From Promethearchaeia archaeon (GTDB lineage: Archaea; Asgardarchaeota; Lokiarchaeia; Sigyniarchaeales; SOKP01), in contig JAWOCD010000056.1 of assembly GCA_046483985.1 (NCBI GenBank), positions 32,780 to 96,779 of the forward strand: 64,000 bases of DNA. The letters run 5' to 3'. The notes under the pieces are model-generated. The model was not told the DNA's origin. It saw only the letters and a program-made list of their open reading frames with translations, and did not search any database. The translations under genes were made by a program, and so were the position numbers. Positions 38,768-48,187 of this stretch are shown here, one piece after another; the first letter of the stretch is position 1; each line of letters begins with the position of its first letter.

Positions 38768-40402
38768 ATGAGCAAACTAATAATAAAAAAAGGAACAGTT
38801 GTCGATCCTCTTAATGAAATTGAAGGGGAAACTAAAGATATTTTAATAGAAGATGGCAAGATTGTAGAAAAGTTTTCAAATGAAAGCGATATAAAGGAAA
38901 TTGATGCATCTGGTAAAACAGTTATACCTGCCGCAGTAGATACTCATACGAATGTTGCATCGCAGCAAGTAAACTGGGCACGATTATTAGGATCAGCAAA
39001 TCAACAATTTAGGGAAACGTGGGGGGATTTTTCTCTTTCCACGATTTCACGGGATTATATTGCAAATGGGTATACATTTATATTGGAAACCAATGTTTTC
39101 CCCTCATTTGCAAAACAAACTCATTTAAATTTTCAATACTTACCCGTCTTGGATAAAGCAATATCATTAAATGTAAGTAATTTATGGGCTTTAGAATCCG
39201 AATACCAAAAAAATCATTATAAGCAAGCCGCAGTTTTTTTGGGGGATTTAGTGAAACGAACTAAAAGTTATGGGCTTAGCAGTATTAACCCCTTTGAAGC
39301 GGAAGAGTGGAATCTTAAGAACTTACGGGAAGACATCAAGCAGGAGGGTCGATTATATAACTTTTTAGGGATCGATGTTTATGAAACGCTCATAGAAGCA
39401 AATGAACAGTTGGGACTTCCCAATTCGGTTCAAGCTCATATAGAGGGTTATGAAGCATCTAACGCCAAAAATAATCTAAAAATTCTCCTTGACAAGGTTG
39501 AATCCTTGGAACTTGATTTTAGTGAACAAGCCGAACGAAGTCATATTGTTCAGATTATGGACGCTCCTTCGCTGAATACCGGTGAAAATAATGAAGAGTT
39601 TATCCAAGCAATAAATGGGTCAAACCGAATTAATATCGATTTAAGCGTGATAGGTTTTGACGAGATTAATCCCCTCATTACTTCAGATCGCAGGTTATAT
39701 AATAAATATAATGAAACACAGGAAGTTATTCAATCTGGGATGGAAATGGAAGGAGATTTATTTGTTACTCTGAGAAAGTTTGATAAACAAGAAGCCCTCT
39801 TTTCCACATTATGGGCTAATGCAATCGATTTGGCCTTAAATATTGAAGATAAATGGAAGGTTCAATTATCCTATAGCTTTCCGAATTATAGTCATCCCAA
39901 TAAAGCTCCCGAAATAGCGACATGGCTACTCAGTCCCAAAGCAAGAAAAAAATTCATTGATAAATTAAATCCAGAGGGTATTCTTGATTCGGTTAAAAAA
40001 AGCGATGATCGCTTAAGTTTTACAGAATATGTAATTATTACCAGAGCTGGACCAGCACAATCAATTGGACTGGGGGATATGAAAGGAAATCTCGGAATTG
40101 GAGCAGATGGCGATTTAAATATATTGGACCTGAATGTTACAGAAATTGATTTTTCTTCAGATTATGACAAGGTAAAAAGCGCCTTTGAAAATATCGAATG
40201 CGTGGTAAAAAGCGGGGAAATAGTCAAACAAGGTAAAACCATTGATCTCTCGACCAACGGTAAAATATTTTGGTCAGAAAGGACAGCTGGAGAGAGTAAA
40301 TCCATTATGAGCAAGAAAAGGAAATTCTATGCTAAATTCGGAGCGAATTTTTATGATCAGTTATCAACAAAGGTTCCTGATGAGCTGTTAAGAAAGATTT
40401 AA
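38768..40402 (+). CDS. fwdA: Formylmethanofuran dehydrogenase subunit A-like amidohydrolase-fold protein (metal ligands mostly substituted)
   Basis: IIKKGTVVDPLN...DILIEDGKIV...IDASGKTVIP, LGLPNS and ITRAGPA..GL...KGNLGIGADGD motifs. Confidence 0.85.
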   Translation: MSKLIIKKGTVVDPLNEIEGETKDILIEDGKIVEKFSNESDIKEIDASGKTVIPAAVDTHTNVASQQVNWARLLGSANQQFRETWGDFSLSTISRDYIANGYTFILETNVFPSFAKQTHLNFQYLPVLDKAISLNVSNLWALESEYQKNHYKQAAVFLGDLVKRTKSYGLSSINPFEAEEWNLKNLREDIKQEGRLYNFLGIDVYETLIEANEQLGLPNSVQAHIEGYEASNAKNNLKILLDKVESLELDFSEQAERSHIVQIMDAPSLNTGENNEEFIQAINGSNRINIDLSVIGFDEINPLITSDRRLYNKYNETQEVIQSGMEMEGDLFVTLRKFDKQEALFSTLWANAIDLALNIEDKWKVQLSYSFPNYSHPNKAPEIATWLLSPKARKKFIDKLNPEGILDSVKKSDDRLSFTEYVIITRAGPAQSIGLGDMKGNLGIGADGDLNILDLNVTEIDFSSDYDKVKSAFENIECVVKSGEIVKQGKTIDLSTNGKIFWSERTAGESKSIMSKKRKFYAKFGANFYDQLSTKVPDELLRKI

Positions 40403-40465
40403 GGTCTAATTTTTTCATTTTTTTCTCCTATTTTTTGAAATTTATGCCGCAGCTTCTCAGATTTT

Positions 40466-40996
40466 TTACTGTTTGTCAAGATAATAAATTGCGGGCAAAT
40501 TCCGATATCGCTCATTAAAATCCAGCCCGTATCCAACCAGAAATTTATTTGGTACTTTAAATCCTAAATAATCTATTTCAATATCTTTTTCTCTTCTTGC
40601 GGGTTTACTAGTTAAAGTACAGATATTAATGGATACAGGATTTCTCTGATTTAAATAATCTACCAAGAAATTCATAGTGATGCCCGTATCTATGATATCT
40701 TCTACGATAATTAAATGCCTTTCTTCAATGGTTTCCTCAATATCTTTTTCGATTTTAACCTCTCCACTGCTTTCTGTATCGCTGCCGTAACTTGACACTT
40801 CGATAAAGTTAATTTCCAAGTCCATTTCAATTTGGCGCACAAGGTCTGCTAAAAAAATAAATGCACCTTGAAGTACTCCCAACAATAGAGGGTTTTTTCC
40901 TTGAAAATCGCGATAAATTTGATCCGCCAATTCTTTTACTTTAGTTTTGATTTCTTCCTCGGAAATTAATATTTTTAGGTTTTGCGGGGATTTCAT
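40466..40996 (-). CDS. hpt: Hypoxanthine phosphoribosyltransferase
   Basis: GVLQGAFIFLADL, VSSYG, IVEDIIDTGIT and FLVGYGLD; start may alternatively be 41047. Confidence 0.95.
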   Translation of the reverse strand: MKSPQNLKILISEEEIKTKVKELADQIYRDFQGKNPLLLGVLQGAFIFLADLVRQIEMDLEINFIEVSSYGSDTESSGEVKIEKDIEETIEERHLIIVEDIIDTGITMNFLVDYLNQRNPVSINICTLTSKPARREKDIEIDYLGFKVPNKFLVGYGLDFNERYRNLPAIYYLDKQ

Positions 40997-41060
40997 AGTT
41001 TGGTTTACCCTTTCAAGTAGCAATAATTGATTCTCATATATTTTCATTTAATTGAATTCT

Positions 41061-41088
41061 ACAATATACAATACACAATACACAATAT
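41061..41088. repeat. Four tandem heptamers ACAATAY
   Basis: acaatat acaatac acaatac acaatat. Confidence 0.8.
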
Positions 41089-41310
41089 CCTCTATAATCT
41101 TTTGTTTTCCATTTAAATATCAAGGAATTATGAAATATGAGTAATATTGGGAATATCTTAAATTGGTCAAACCTTTGATCTTCTTATCCATTTATTTTAT
41201 AGGAAATCTTGAAAATAAAGACTGTTTCCCCAAGATTTAATTAAAAGGTGAGAAATCAATATCAGCCTTCTTATGGAGGATATCTGCAAGAATCTAAAAA
41301 CAAGTTAAAA

Positions 41311-41339
41311 GGGCAATCCTAATATGTCTTAGATTGCCC
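41311..41339 (-). terminator. Hairpin downstream of the VWA gene, T-rich on both sides
   Basis: GGGCAAT(C)CTAA-loop-TTAGATTGCCC. Confidence 0.5.
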
Positions 41340-41391
41340 AATAGTCTTTTTTTCTAGTTTGGAAAATGAAAAACAGATTTGAAATTCCAAG

Positions 41392-42630
41392 TTAATAACT
41401 AAAGGATTTTAACTTTTCTACAGTGGTATACATATTTTTTCCGCTCTTGCGCAAATAGTCCATTGCATCTTCGATTCCCTCAACAGTTAGATCAAAAGTA
41501 GGGATGATACTACTAATCACTTTCCGCGTCCACGGGAGCCAATCGAAGCGAAGTATTTCCGGATTTAACCAAACAATATGATTGCGAAAATGTTGTTCCA
41601 ATTGTTTGATATAATAAATTCCGGGCATCTCGTTCCGATGGTAATAATAAATTGACCCGTACTTTGCGGTGAGCTCATAACTTGCCATCGCTTGATCTCC
41701 TACACAGACAACGCGGTAGGAGTTGTCATATTTTCTGAGGAATTCATCAAACTTAATAGACTCCTCCGACCTTCTTTGCGCAGTTTCGAATAATTTTTCA
41801 TAAATACAATTGTGGAAGTAATAATGTTCGAAATCCTTCCAGTGAGACATTTGATTGGCAGCCGAAAAAAGGCGATTTACCAAATGAGCGTATGGATCCA
41901 TTGATCCGCCCACATCCATAAGGAGTAATAATTTTACATTATTCTTTCGTTTTTTGCGAAAGACAAGTTCGATATCCCCCCCATTCTTACAGGTCTTGTC
42001 AATGGTCTCATCCAAATCGAGCTCATCTTCTTTCCCGATTTCGTCCAACTTTCTTAAACGTTTTAGTGCCACTTTTATTTGTCTGGTGTCCAACACAATA
42101 TCTTTTCGATAATTTTGAAATACGCGTTCATGGGCTATTTGAATGGCCGTTCTCATTCCTGAGCTTCCGCCAACCCGCATCCCCATCGGATTCCTTCCGC
42201 CGTGTCCAAACTCTGAAGTCCCACCAGTACCTATCCACTGGGAGCCAAGGTTATGCTCCTCATCTTGTCGTTTTAATAAATCCTCGAAATGTTGCTGCAT
42301 TCCTGCAAGGTCAAATTCTCCCAAAACATCTTGGAATTCTTCAGGAAATCTCTCCACTTCTTCGGGGTTTATATCCTTTTCCAACCAGTCCCAAATTTGC
42401 TTTTTTATTTCCCCGGGAAAATTCAAATGGGCATCCTTAAAAAAATTCGCAAACGCTACATCATAAACATCAAACAAATGCTCATTCTTGCATAAAATGG
42501 AGCGGGAGATATAATAAAATTGGACCATATTTCTAATTAAGCCCTTATCTAAGGCTTCTAACAGCGTCAGATATTCATGGACGCTTACCGGCAATCTCTC
42601 ACGTAAGTAATAAAAATAATCAATAAACAT
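41392..42630 (-). CDS. VWA domain protein, CoxE-like MoxR partner
   Basis: WIGTGGTS-x-FG, ELDLDETI, MIDAS DVGGSM, YFHNC, VGD and WLNP motifs. Confidence 0.88.
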   Translation of the reverse strand: MFIDYFYYLRERLPVSVHEYLTLLEALDKGLIRNMVQFYYISRSILCKNEHLFDVYDVAFANFFKDAHLNFPGEIKKQIWDWLEKDINPEEVERFPEEFQDVLGEFDLAGMQQHFEDLLKRQDEEHNLGSQWIGTGGTSEFGHGGRNPMGMRVGGSSGMRTAIQIAHERVFQNYRKDIVLDTRQIKVALKRLRKLDEIGKEDELDLDETIDKTCKNGGDIELVFRKKRKNNVKLLLLMDVGGSMDPYAHLVNRLFSAANQMSHWKDFEHYYFHNCIYEKLFETAQRRSEESIKFDEFLRKYDNSYRVVCVGDQAMASYELTAKYGSIYYYHRNEMPGIYYIKQLEQHFRNHIVWLNPEILRFDWLPWTRKVISSIIPTFDLTVEGIEDAMDYLRKSGKNMYTTVEKLKSFSY

Positions 42631-42653
42631 TTGTTTTATATAAAGAATATTTT

Positions 42654-43508
42654 TTAAATGGGGAACTTAACCTTTTTAAGTGCTAGGTCAAGATCACGCT
42701 CTTTTTTGATTAACACACCAAGGAATGGGATTTCTTTCTTTAACTCTTCGATTGAAATGCCACTTTTCAACAATACACCGATCCAATCCAGTAATTCAGA
42801 AGTGGAAGGCATCTTACGTAGCTGGGTAATCGCTCTTAACTTGTAGAATGATTCCAAACATTGTTTTAAGAGGTTCTGCTTTAAGTTGGGATAATGAATG
42901 TTACAGATATCAGCCATGAAGTCTTTGTCCGGAAATTCGATGTAATGGAACACACATCTTCGCAAGAACGCATCCGGTAGTTCCTTTTCGTTATTGGATG
43001 TAATAATAACAATCGGTCGCGTCTTGGCCTTCACAAATTCATCGGTTTCTTTAATATAGAATTCCATTTGGTCTAATTCTTGAAGCAAGTCATTTGGAAA
43101 TTCAATATCGGCTTTGTCGATCTCATCTATTAGAAGAACCACTTGTTCCTCTGAGAGGAAGGCTTGACCTAATGGTCCGTATGAAATATAATCCTTGATA
43201 TTGTTTACGTCTCTCTCGTCACTGCCAAATCGACTATCATTTAGCCGTTGAACGGTGTCATATTTATAACAGCCGTCAATGGCTTCTGTCGTGCTCTTAA
43301 TGTTCCATACAATAAGTTCCTTGTCTAAAGCTTCTGCTACAGCATGTGCTAATAGGGTTTTTCCTGTCCCTGGCTCTCCCTTGACAAGAAGTGGACGCTC
43401 TAAGGCAATAGCTGTATTAACTATGTTCCTCAAGTTCGGATCCGCGATGTACTTCACGTTCTCCGTATTTACATTTCCTTGGAACTTATCAAATGTATAT
43501 TTGCTCAT
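42654..43508 (-). CDS. MoxR family AAA+ ATPase (CoxD-like)
   Basis: GEPGTGKT, LLIDEIDKAD, FPNDLL and LPDAFLRRC motifs. Confidence 0.93.
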   Translation of the reverse strand: MSKYTFDKFQGNVNTENVKYIADPNLRNIVNTAIALERPLLVKGEPGTGKTLLAHAVAEALDKELIVWNIKSTTEAIDGCYKYDTVQRLNDSRFGSDERDVNNIKDYISYGPLGQAFLSEEQVVLLIDEIDKADIEFPNDLLQELDQMEFYIKETDEFVKAKTRPIVIITSNNEKELPDAFLRRCVFHYIEFPDKDFMADICNIHYPNLKQNLLKQCLESFYKLRAITQLRKMPSTSELLDWIGVLLKSGISIEELKKEIPFLGVLIKKERDLDLALKKVKFPI

Positions 43509-43560
43509 AATTCTTAAAATGAATAAAAAATTATATATTTTTTCGATTAATTGCCCATAG

Positions 43561-43621
43561 TATAGTCTTTTAGAAAAACTTTTTTACATTTTTAAATCTG
43601 TCTTTTCTAAGTTACAACAAC
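43561..43621 (+). mobile_element. Remnant of the TATAGTC-ended MITE-like repeat
   Basis: About 60 nt similar to 55106-55167. Confidence 0.45.
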
Positions 43622-43699
43622 GTTTAAGTTTAGTATAGCCCAACGAATTCGATGTGTGACACATTCTAGAATCTCGAAGGATGATATTGAATATGCGGT

Positions 43700-43732
43700 T
43701 TGAACTACCACGCTCTAAAGGGCGGTGGATTC
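43700..43732 (-). mobile_element. IS200/IS605-type right end
   Basis: Minus strand GAAT-CCACcGCcctttagaGCGTGG-tagt-TCAA. Confidence 0.75.
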
Positions 43733-43810
43733 GTGCTCCCTAATGTGCGGTTCTCACGCGATTTAAGAACTAAATAAACCTTGAAATGGATTTTAGGAGT
43801 AATTCCAGAT

Positions 43811-44995
43811 TCATCTCAGATCTGACAGAAAGGTAATACTCGCCCAAAGAGCACTTAAAACTCCTACCGCTATGAATACAATATTCAAGTTGGTAAATAC
43901 CAAAGATAAACCAATCAAGATCGGTGCGGCGGTCATCCCAATATATTTCAAGGTGTTGAAAACCGAGATCACCGCACCTCTAAGTTCAGATGGTGCTAAT
44001 TTGGTCACGCGGTTATATATTGTGGGAGAAACTAAGCCCATCCCTAATCCATAAATGATGAAACTGAAACAAATCAAATAACTCCCTTTGGACCAATATG
44101 GTAGCATCAAAAAGCTTGCACTTATAAGGGCGAAGCCGAGAGCTGCTCGCTTTCGCCAATTTAGATGATCTGCTATAAAACTCGCTCTCGAAGCCAGCAG
44201 GGCTGAAAAAACCGCTTGGCCAGAAAGAGCTAAACCGCTGAATAATTCATCAAAACCATGGGTCTGTATGAGATATATCGGCAAATAAGTCACCAGCGCA
44301 TAAAGAAGAAAGTAAAGTGCAAAAGAATGTATCATAATATTCCGGATTTTTTTTATCTTCAATGTCACAAAGAGAGAGGACACATATTCGAAGGGAGTCA
44401 CGAACTCAGATTCTATTAACTCTTGTTTAGAACGGGTTTCCGGAAGGTTAAAGAGCAAAAATACAGCTAAAAATATCGAGAAACCGTAGACCGCGAAAAC
44501 AAACCTCCAATCTATTGAGGCGAGCGTTCCACCGATAAAAGGAATAATAACGGCAGCAACGGAAATGGCCCCCGAAAGATAACCCATAAGTTGGAGCCTT
44601 TTATCCCCTGAAAAAAGATCACCGAATACCGTCATAACTACAGGTATTAACCCTGCAATGCCAATACCTTGTATGAATCTGAGGAGAAGGAGGAGAAAAA
44701 AATTTGGAGCAAACATAATCGCCAACCCAGTCCCCCCATCAATAAGGAGGCAAGCAATCCCAACCTTTCTGCGCCCTATTGAATCGATGAGATACCCGAT
44801 GATCGGAAGACTGATCGCCGCCGAGAGAGTATAGAGGCTCAAGACCATACCAATCAGTTCTTCTGGGGCGTCGAATGCAGCACCAATAGTGGGCAAACCA
44901 GGGGCTACCAATCCTCCACCCATCACCCCGAAAGCTCCCATCAAGATGAGGATAATCACCATAAATTTGGAAACGTTTCCCTTATTCATTCGCAT
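43811..44995 (-). CDS. MFS transporter (DHA1-like efflux)
   Basis: GYLIDSIGRR, RFIQGIG, PFIGGTLA and WRFVF motifs; 12 TM segments. Confidence 0.9.
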   Translation of the reverse strand: MRMNKGNVSKFMVIILILMGAFGVMGGGLVAPGLPTIGAAFDAPEELIGMVLSLYTLSAAISLPIIGYLIDSIGRRKVGIACLLIDGGTGLAIMFAPNFFLLLLLRFIQGIGIAGLIPVVMTVFGDLFSGDKRLQLMGYLSGAISVAAVIIPFIGGTLASIDWRFVFAVYGFSIFLAVFLLFNLPETRSKQELIESEFVTPFEYVSSLFVTLKIKKIRNIMIHSFALYFLLYALVTYLPIYLIQTHGFDELFSGLALSGQAVFSALLASRASFIADHLNWRKRAALGFALISASFLMLPYWSKGSYLICFSFIIYGLGMGLVSPTIYNRVTKLAPSELRGAVISVFNTLKYIGMTAAPILIGLSLVFTNLNIVFIAVGVLSALWASITFLSDLR

Positions 44996-45064
44996 AATCC
45001 TTACTCCCTTTGTAATATAGGTTTTTTGTTGATTTGTATATAGAGTTTTCGTTATTTAAGTTTT

Positions 45065-45132
45065 TTGATTAATGCGATTCTTAGGCTAAAATTAGTTGGC
45101 CTAAACGACTGGGTATTCTTTTGCCTTTAATG
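45065..45132 (-). mobile_element. IS200/IS605-type left-end remnant with damaged hairpin
   Basis: Shares TTAATGCGATTCTTAGGCTAAAATTAG and GTATTCTTTTRCCTTTAATRATAAAA with 54976-55057. Confidence 0.65.
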
Positions 45133-45204
45133 ATAAAAAATATTATAATTAAATGATTATAGTTCTTATTACTAATTGTAATAATAATTTGAAATGGATT
45201 CAAT

Positions 45205-47313
45205 ATGACCGAAAAGTATACCCAAGACGAATTGGTAAACTTGCCGTTTATGGATAGTAACAAGGACTTGGAGGAGCGAGTAGAGGATTTATTACAGCGG
45301 CTCACATTACATGAAAAAATGTCAATGTTAGCGGGATATACCCGCTTCTCTACCTTTCCAATCAAGCGCTTAAGTGTCCCCGAATTTGGGATGACCGATG
45401 GGCCTCATGGTGTTTGTTCCCATTCTGCGTTCGGCACGGAAAATACCTATTTTCCAGCAGCAATTACGTTAGCTGCATCATGGAATCCCGATTTAGCGTA
45501 TAAATATGGGGAGAGTCTTGGTGAGGAAACTCGTGCGGTAGGGCGGCATTGCATCTTGGCTCCCGGTATAAATATCCATCGGACACCGCTTTGTGGAAGA
45601 TCCTTCGAATATTTCACCGAAGACCCATTTTTGAACGAAAAACTGGTCGTCCCTCTTATTAAAGGGATTCAGAGTAAACGTATTGCCGCATGCGTAAAAC
45701 ATTTTATCTGCAATAATACTGAAAAACGACGACGATTCAGTAATTCTATCGTAGATAAGCGAGCATTAGAGGAAATATATTTTCCCGGCTTTAAAGCGGC
45801 AATTGAGGAGGGAGACGCATGGGTAGTTATGGGTTCGTATAATAAAGTAAACGGGCAATATGTGTATGAGAAAAAGAATTTATTGAAGGATAAATTGCAA
45901 AACGAATGGGGGTTCAGAGGTTTTGTGGTTTCAGACTGGAAAGCAACGCATTCCGTGAATGATCCAGCTAGGTGTATTAAGGCAGGATTCTCTCTTGAAA
46001 TGCCGGAAGACTTTGTCTATCAAAAAGAGAAAGTGCGAAAGGCGTTTGAAAATGGGGAGTTTTCCGAAGATGATTTAGATGGCGTTATTAAACCAATGTT
46101 ACGAGTTTTTTTCTTGGTGGGATTGTTTGATGAAAAAGAAAAGATTCCCAATGGGAGCCGTAATACAGAAGCCCATCTTCAAGTTGCTCGTGAAATAATA
46201 GAAGAAGGGGCAGTCTTATTAAAGAATGAAAAGAAACAACTTCCCTTACAAGAAGAGGAGATTAAAAAAATTTGTGTAAACGGGAAGATGGCAGATTATG
46301 TCCCATTTTTCAAGTCAATTGGTGGCAGCTCGGCAGTTCATCCTCCCTTTTGGAATACTCCCTTAGATGCTTTTAAAGAACGGCTCGGAAAGGAGGAAAT
46401 ATTTGTCGATGACCCCGCAGAAGCAGATGTGGTGATTCATATAACTGGGATTACCCATTGGTTTCGGTACGATTCAGAAGGAAGTGATAGAGAACAGCTT
46501 TCCATGCCAGATAAGCGAATTAAAAAGATTAAAGAAGTCACTGAACAGAATCCAAATACAATCGTAGTGTTATATAACGGAAGCCCTCTCCAAATGACGG
46601 AGTGGATTGATCGAGTTCCGGCGGTCTTGGAAGTATGGCAACCACATCAGGTTGCTGGGGATGCTATTGTAAATTTGATATTCGGCGATGCGACCCCTTC
46701 GGGCAAGCTCCCAACTACCTTCCCAAAAAAGTTGGCAGATTCTCCCGCACATCAGTCTAAAAAATCCTACCCCGATTTTCATTACTCCTATATTGATAAC
46801 TTGAAGCATGAATGGTGGTATGTTAGCCCGAAACGAGTAGATAAAGCCAAGCCCATAGATGTCCTCTATGAAGAGGGTATTTATGTAGGATATCGATATT
46901 TTGATGAAGAAAACATTGAGCCCCTATTCCCATTCGGGTATGGGTTATCTTATACCCAATTTGATTATATTGAATTGGTATTAGATAAATCGGAAATGTC
47001 AGAAGGGGAAAGTATGACTCTAAAAATAAAAGTGAAGAATGCCGGCGACTATCCCGGAGACGAGGTTGTCCAAGTATATGCTTATCAAAAGGAAAGTAAA
47101 ATCGATAGACCGCCTAAAGAATTAGTGGGGTTTGGACGGGTGCATTTAGAACCGGGGCAAGTCGACCGAGTAAAGATTACTGTGAATGCCGATGATTTAG
47201 CATATTATGACCCAGAAAAAGGGAAATGGATGTTAGAAGGCGGCGAATACAAGCTTCTAATAGGTTCTTCCTCACGAGAGATCAAAATGGAGTCTACCGT
47301 CGTTATAAAATAG
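45205..47313 (+). CDS. Glycoside hydrolase family 3 beta-glucosidase
   Basis: TDGPHG, GRSFEYFTEDP, VKHF, GFVVSDW, SGKLPTTFP and PFGYGLSYT motifs; Fn3-like C-terminus. Confidence 0.95.
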   Translation: MTEKYTQDELVNLPFMDSNKDLEERVEDLLQRLTLHEKMSMLAGYTRFSTFPIKRLSVPEFGMTDGPHGVCSHSAFGTENTYFPAAITLAASWNPDLAYKYGESLGEETRAVGRHCILAPGINIHRTPLCGRSFEYFTEDPFLNEKLVVPLIKGIQSKRIAACVKHFICNNTEKRRRFSNSIVDKRALEEIYFPGFKAAIEEGDAWVVMGSYNKVNGQYVYEKKNLLKDKLQNEWGFRGFVVSDWKATHSVNDPARCIKAGFSLEMPEDFVYQKEKVRKAFENGEFSEDDLDGVIKPMLRVFFLVGLFDEKEKIPNGSRNTEAHLQVAREIIEEGAVLLKNEKKQLPLQEEEIKKICVNGKMADYVPFFKSIGGSSAVHPPFWNTPLDAFKERLGKEEIFVDDPAEADVVIHITGITHWFRYDSEGSDREQLSMPDKRIKKIKEVTEQNPNTIVVLYNGSPLQMTEWIDRVPAVLEVWQPHQVAGDAIVNLIFGDATPSGKLPTTFPKKLADSPAHQSKKSYPDFHYSYIDNLKHEWWYVSPKRVDKAKPIDVLYEEGIYVGYRYFDEENIEPLFPFGYGLSYTQFDYIELVLDKSEMSEGESMTLKIKVKNAGDYPGDEVVQVYAYQKESKIDRPPKELVGFGRVHLEPGQVDRVKITVNADDLAYYDPEKGKWMLEGGEYKLLIGSSSREIKMESTVVIK

Positions 47314-47394
47314 TTAACTTAGCTAACTTAAGAGATCAAGACGATAAAAAATTAAAGATAATAAATCAGCCTTGCTAAAGAGAGAATTCAAACC

Positions 47395-48186
47395 GTGAAA
47401 AAGTTCAATAAAGTTATGGTTCTATCCGCTTGTTTTTTTATTGGGTTTATGTTATTTTCTATCTTTTTTCTTTTTTCCAGTTTGCAGTATGGTGACCTAA
47501 TCTTAGAATATCTATTTAATCGTGAAATAATTTTAGCGTTATGGATAAGTATATCATCATCAACATTAGTTGTACTGATAACCCTTTTATTTGGTATTCC
47601 TACAGCGTGGCTATTGGCATATAAAGAGTTCAACTATAAATCATTCTTAGAAACATTAATTGTGGACATCCCTCATTCGTTTCCTCCGGGAGTTGTTGGA
47701 ACAACATATCTCCTTATGTTTCATCCCTCTAATTTAATGGGAAGATTATTTGAAACTTTAGGATTTAATCTTATAAATACGTTTTGGGCAATGATCTTAG
47801 TAAAAACATTCATTTCCTCTCCTTTCCTAGTGGGCATATTGACTATTAAATTTAGAGAAATCCGAAATTCTGGTTTGGAAATCATTGCACAGTCATTAGG
47901 GGCTTCTCAAGTTAAATCCTTTAAGACGGTAGCCCTCCCATTATCCTTTAAAATAATTGTTGCGGGGAGCGTCCGATGTTGGGCACGAGCATTAGGAGAA
48001 GTAGCAGGTACCATAGTATTTGCCGGGGCTATAATCCCTGGCGTCACACAAACTATGCCAGCGCTAATCGTTTTTGAGGCCCAAGAATCAATAGAAAAAG
48101 CAATGACCTTAGCACTTATATTGGCCGCATTTTCAATACTAACGTTTTTAACAATTAAAATCCTAATGGAGAGGAGAGAAGAATAA
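47395..48186 (+). CDS. Molybdate/tungstate-type ABC transporter permease (ModB/WtpB-like)
   Basis: DIPHSFPPGVVG, AQSLGAS and WARALGE motifs. Confidence 0.85.
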   Translation: MKKFNKVMVLSACFFIGFMLFSIFFLFSSLQYGDLILEYLFNREIILALWISISSSTLVVLITLLFGIPTAWLLAYKEFNYKSFLETLIVDIPHSFPPGVVGTTYLLMFHPSNLMGRLFETLGFNLINTFWAMILVKTFISSPFLVGILTIKFREIRNSGLEIIAQSLGASQVKSFKTVALPLSFKIIVAGSVRCWARALGEVAGTIVFAGAIIPGVTQTMPALIVFEAQESIEKAMTLALILAAFSILTFLTIKILMERREE

Positions 48187-48187
48187 G

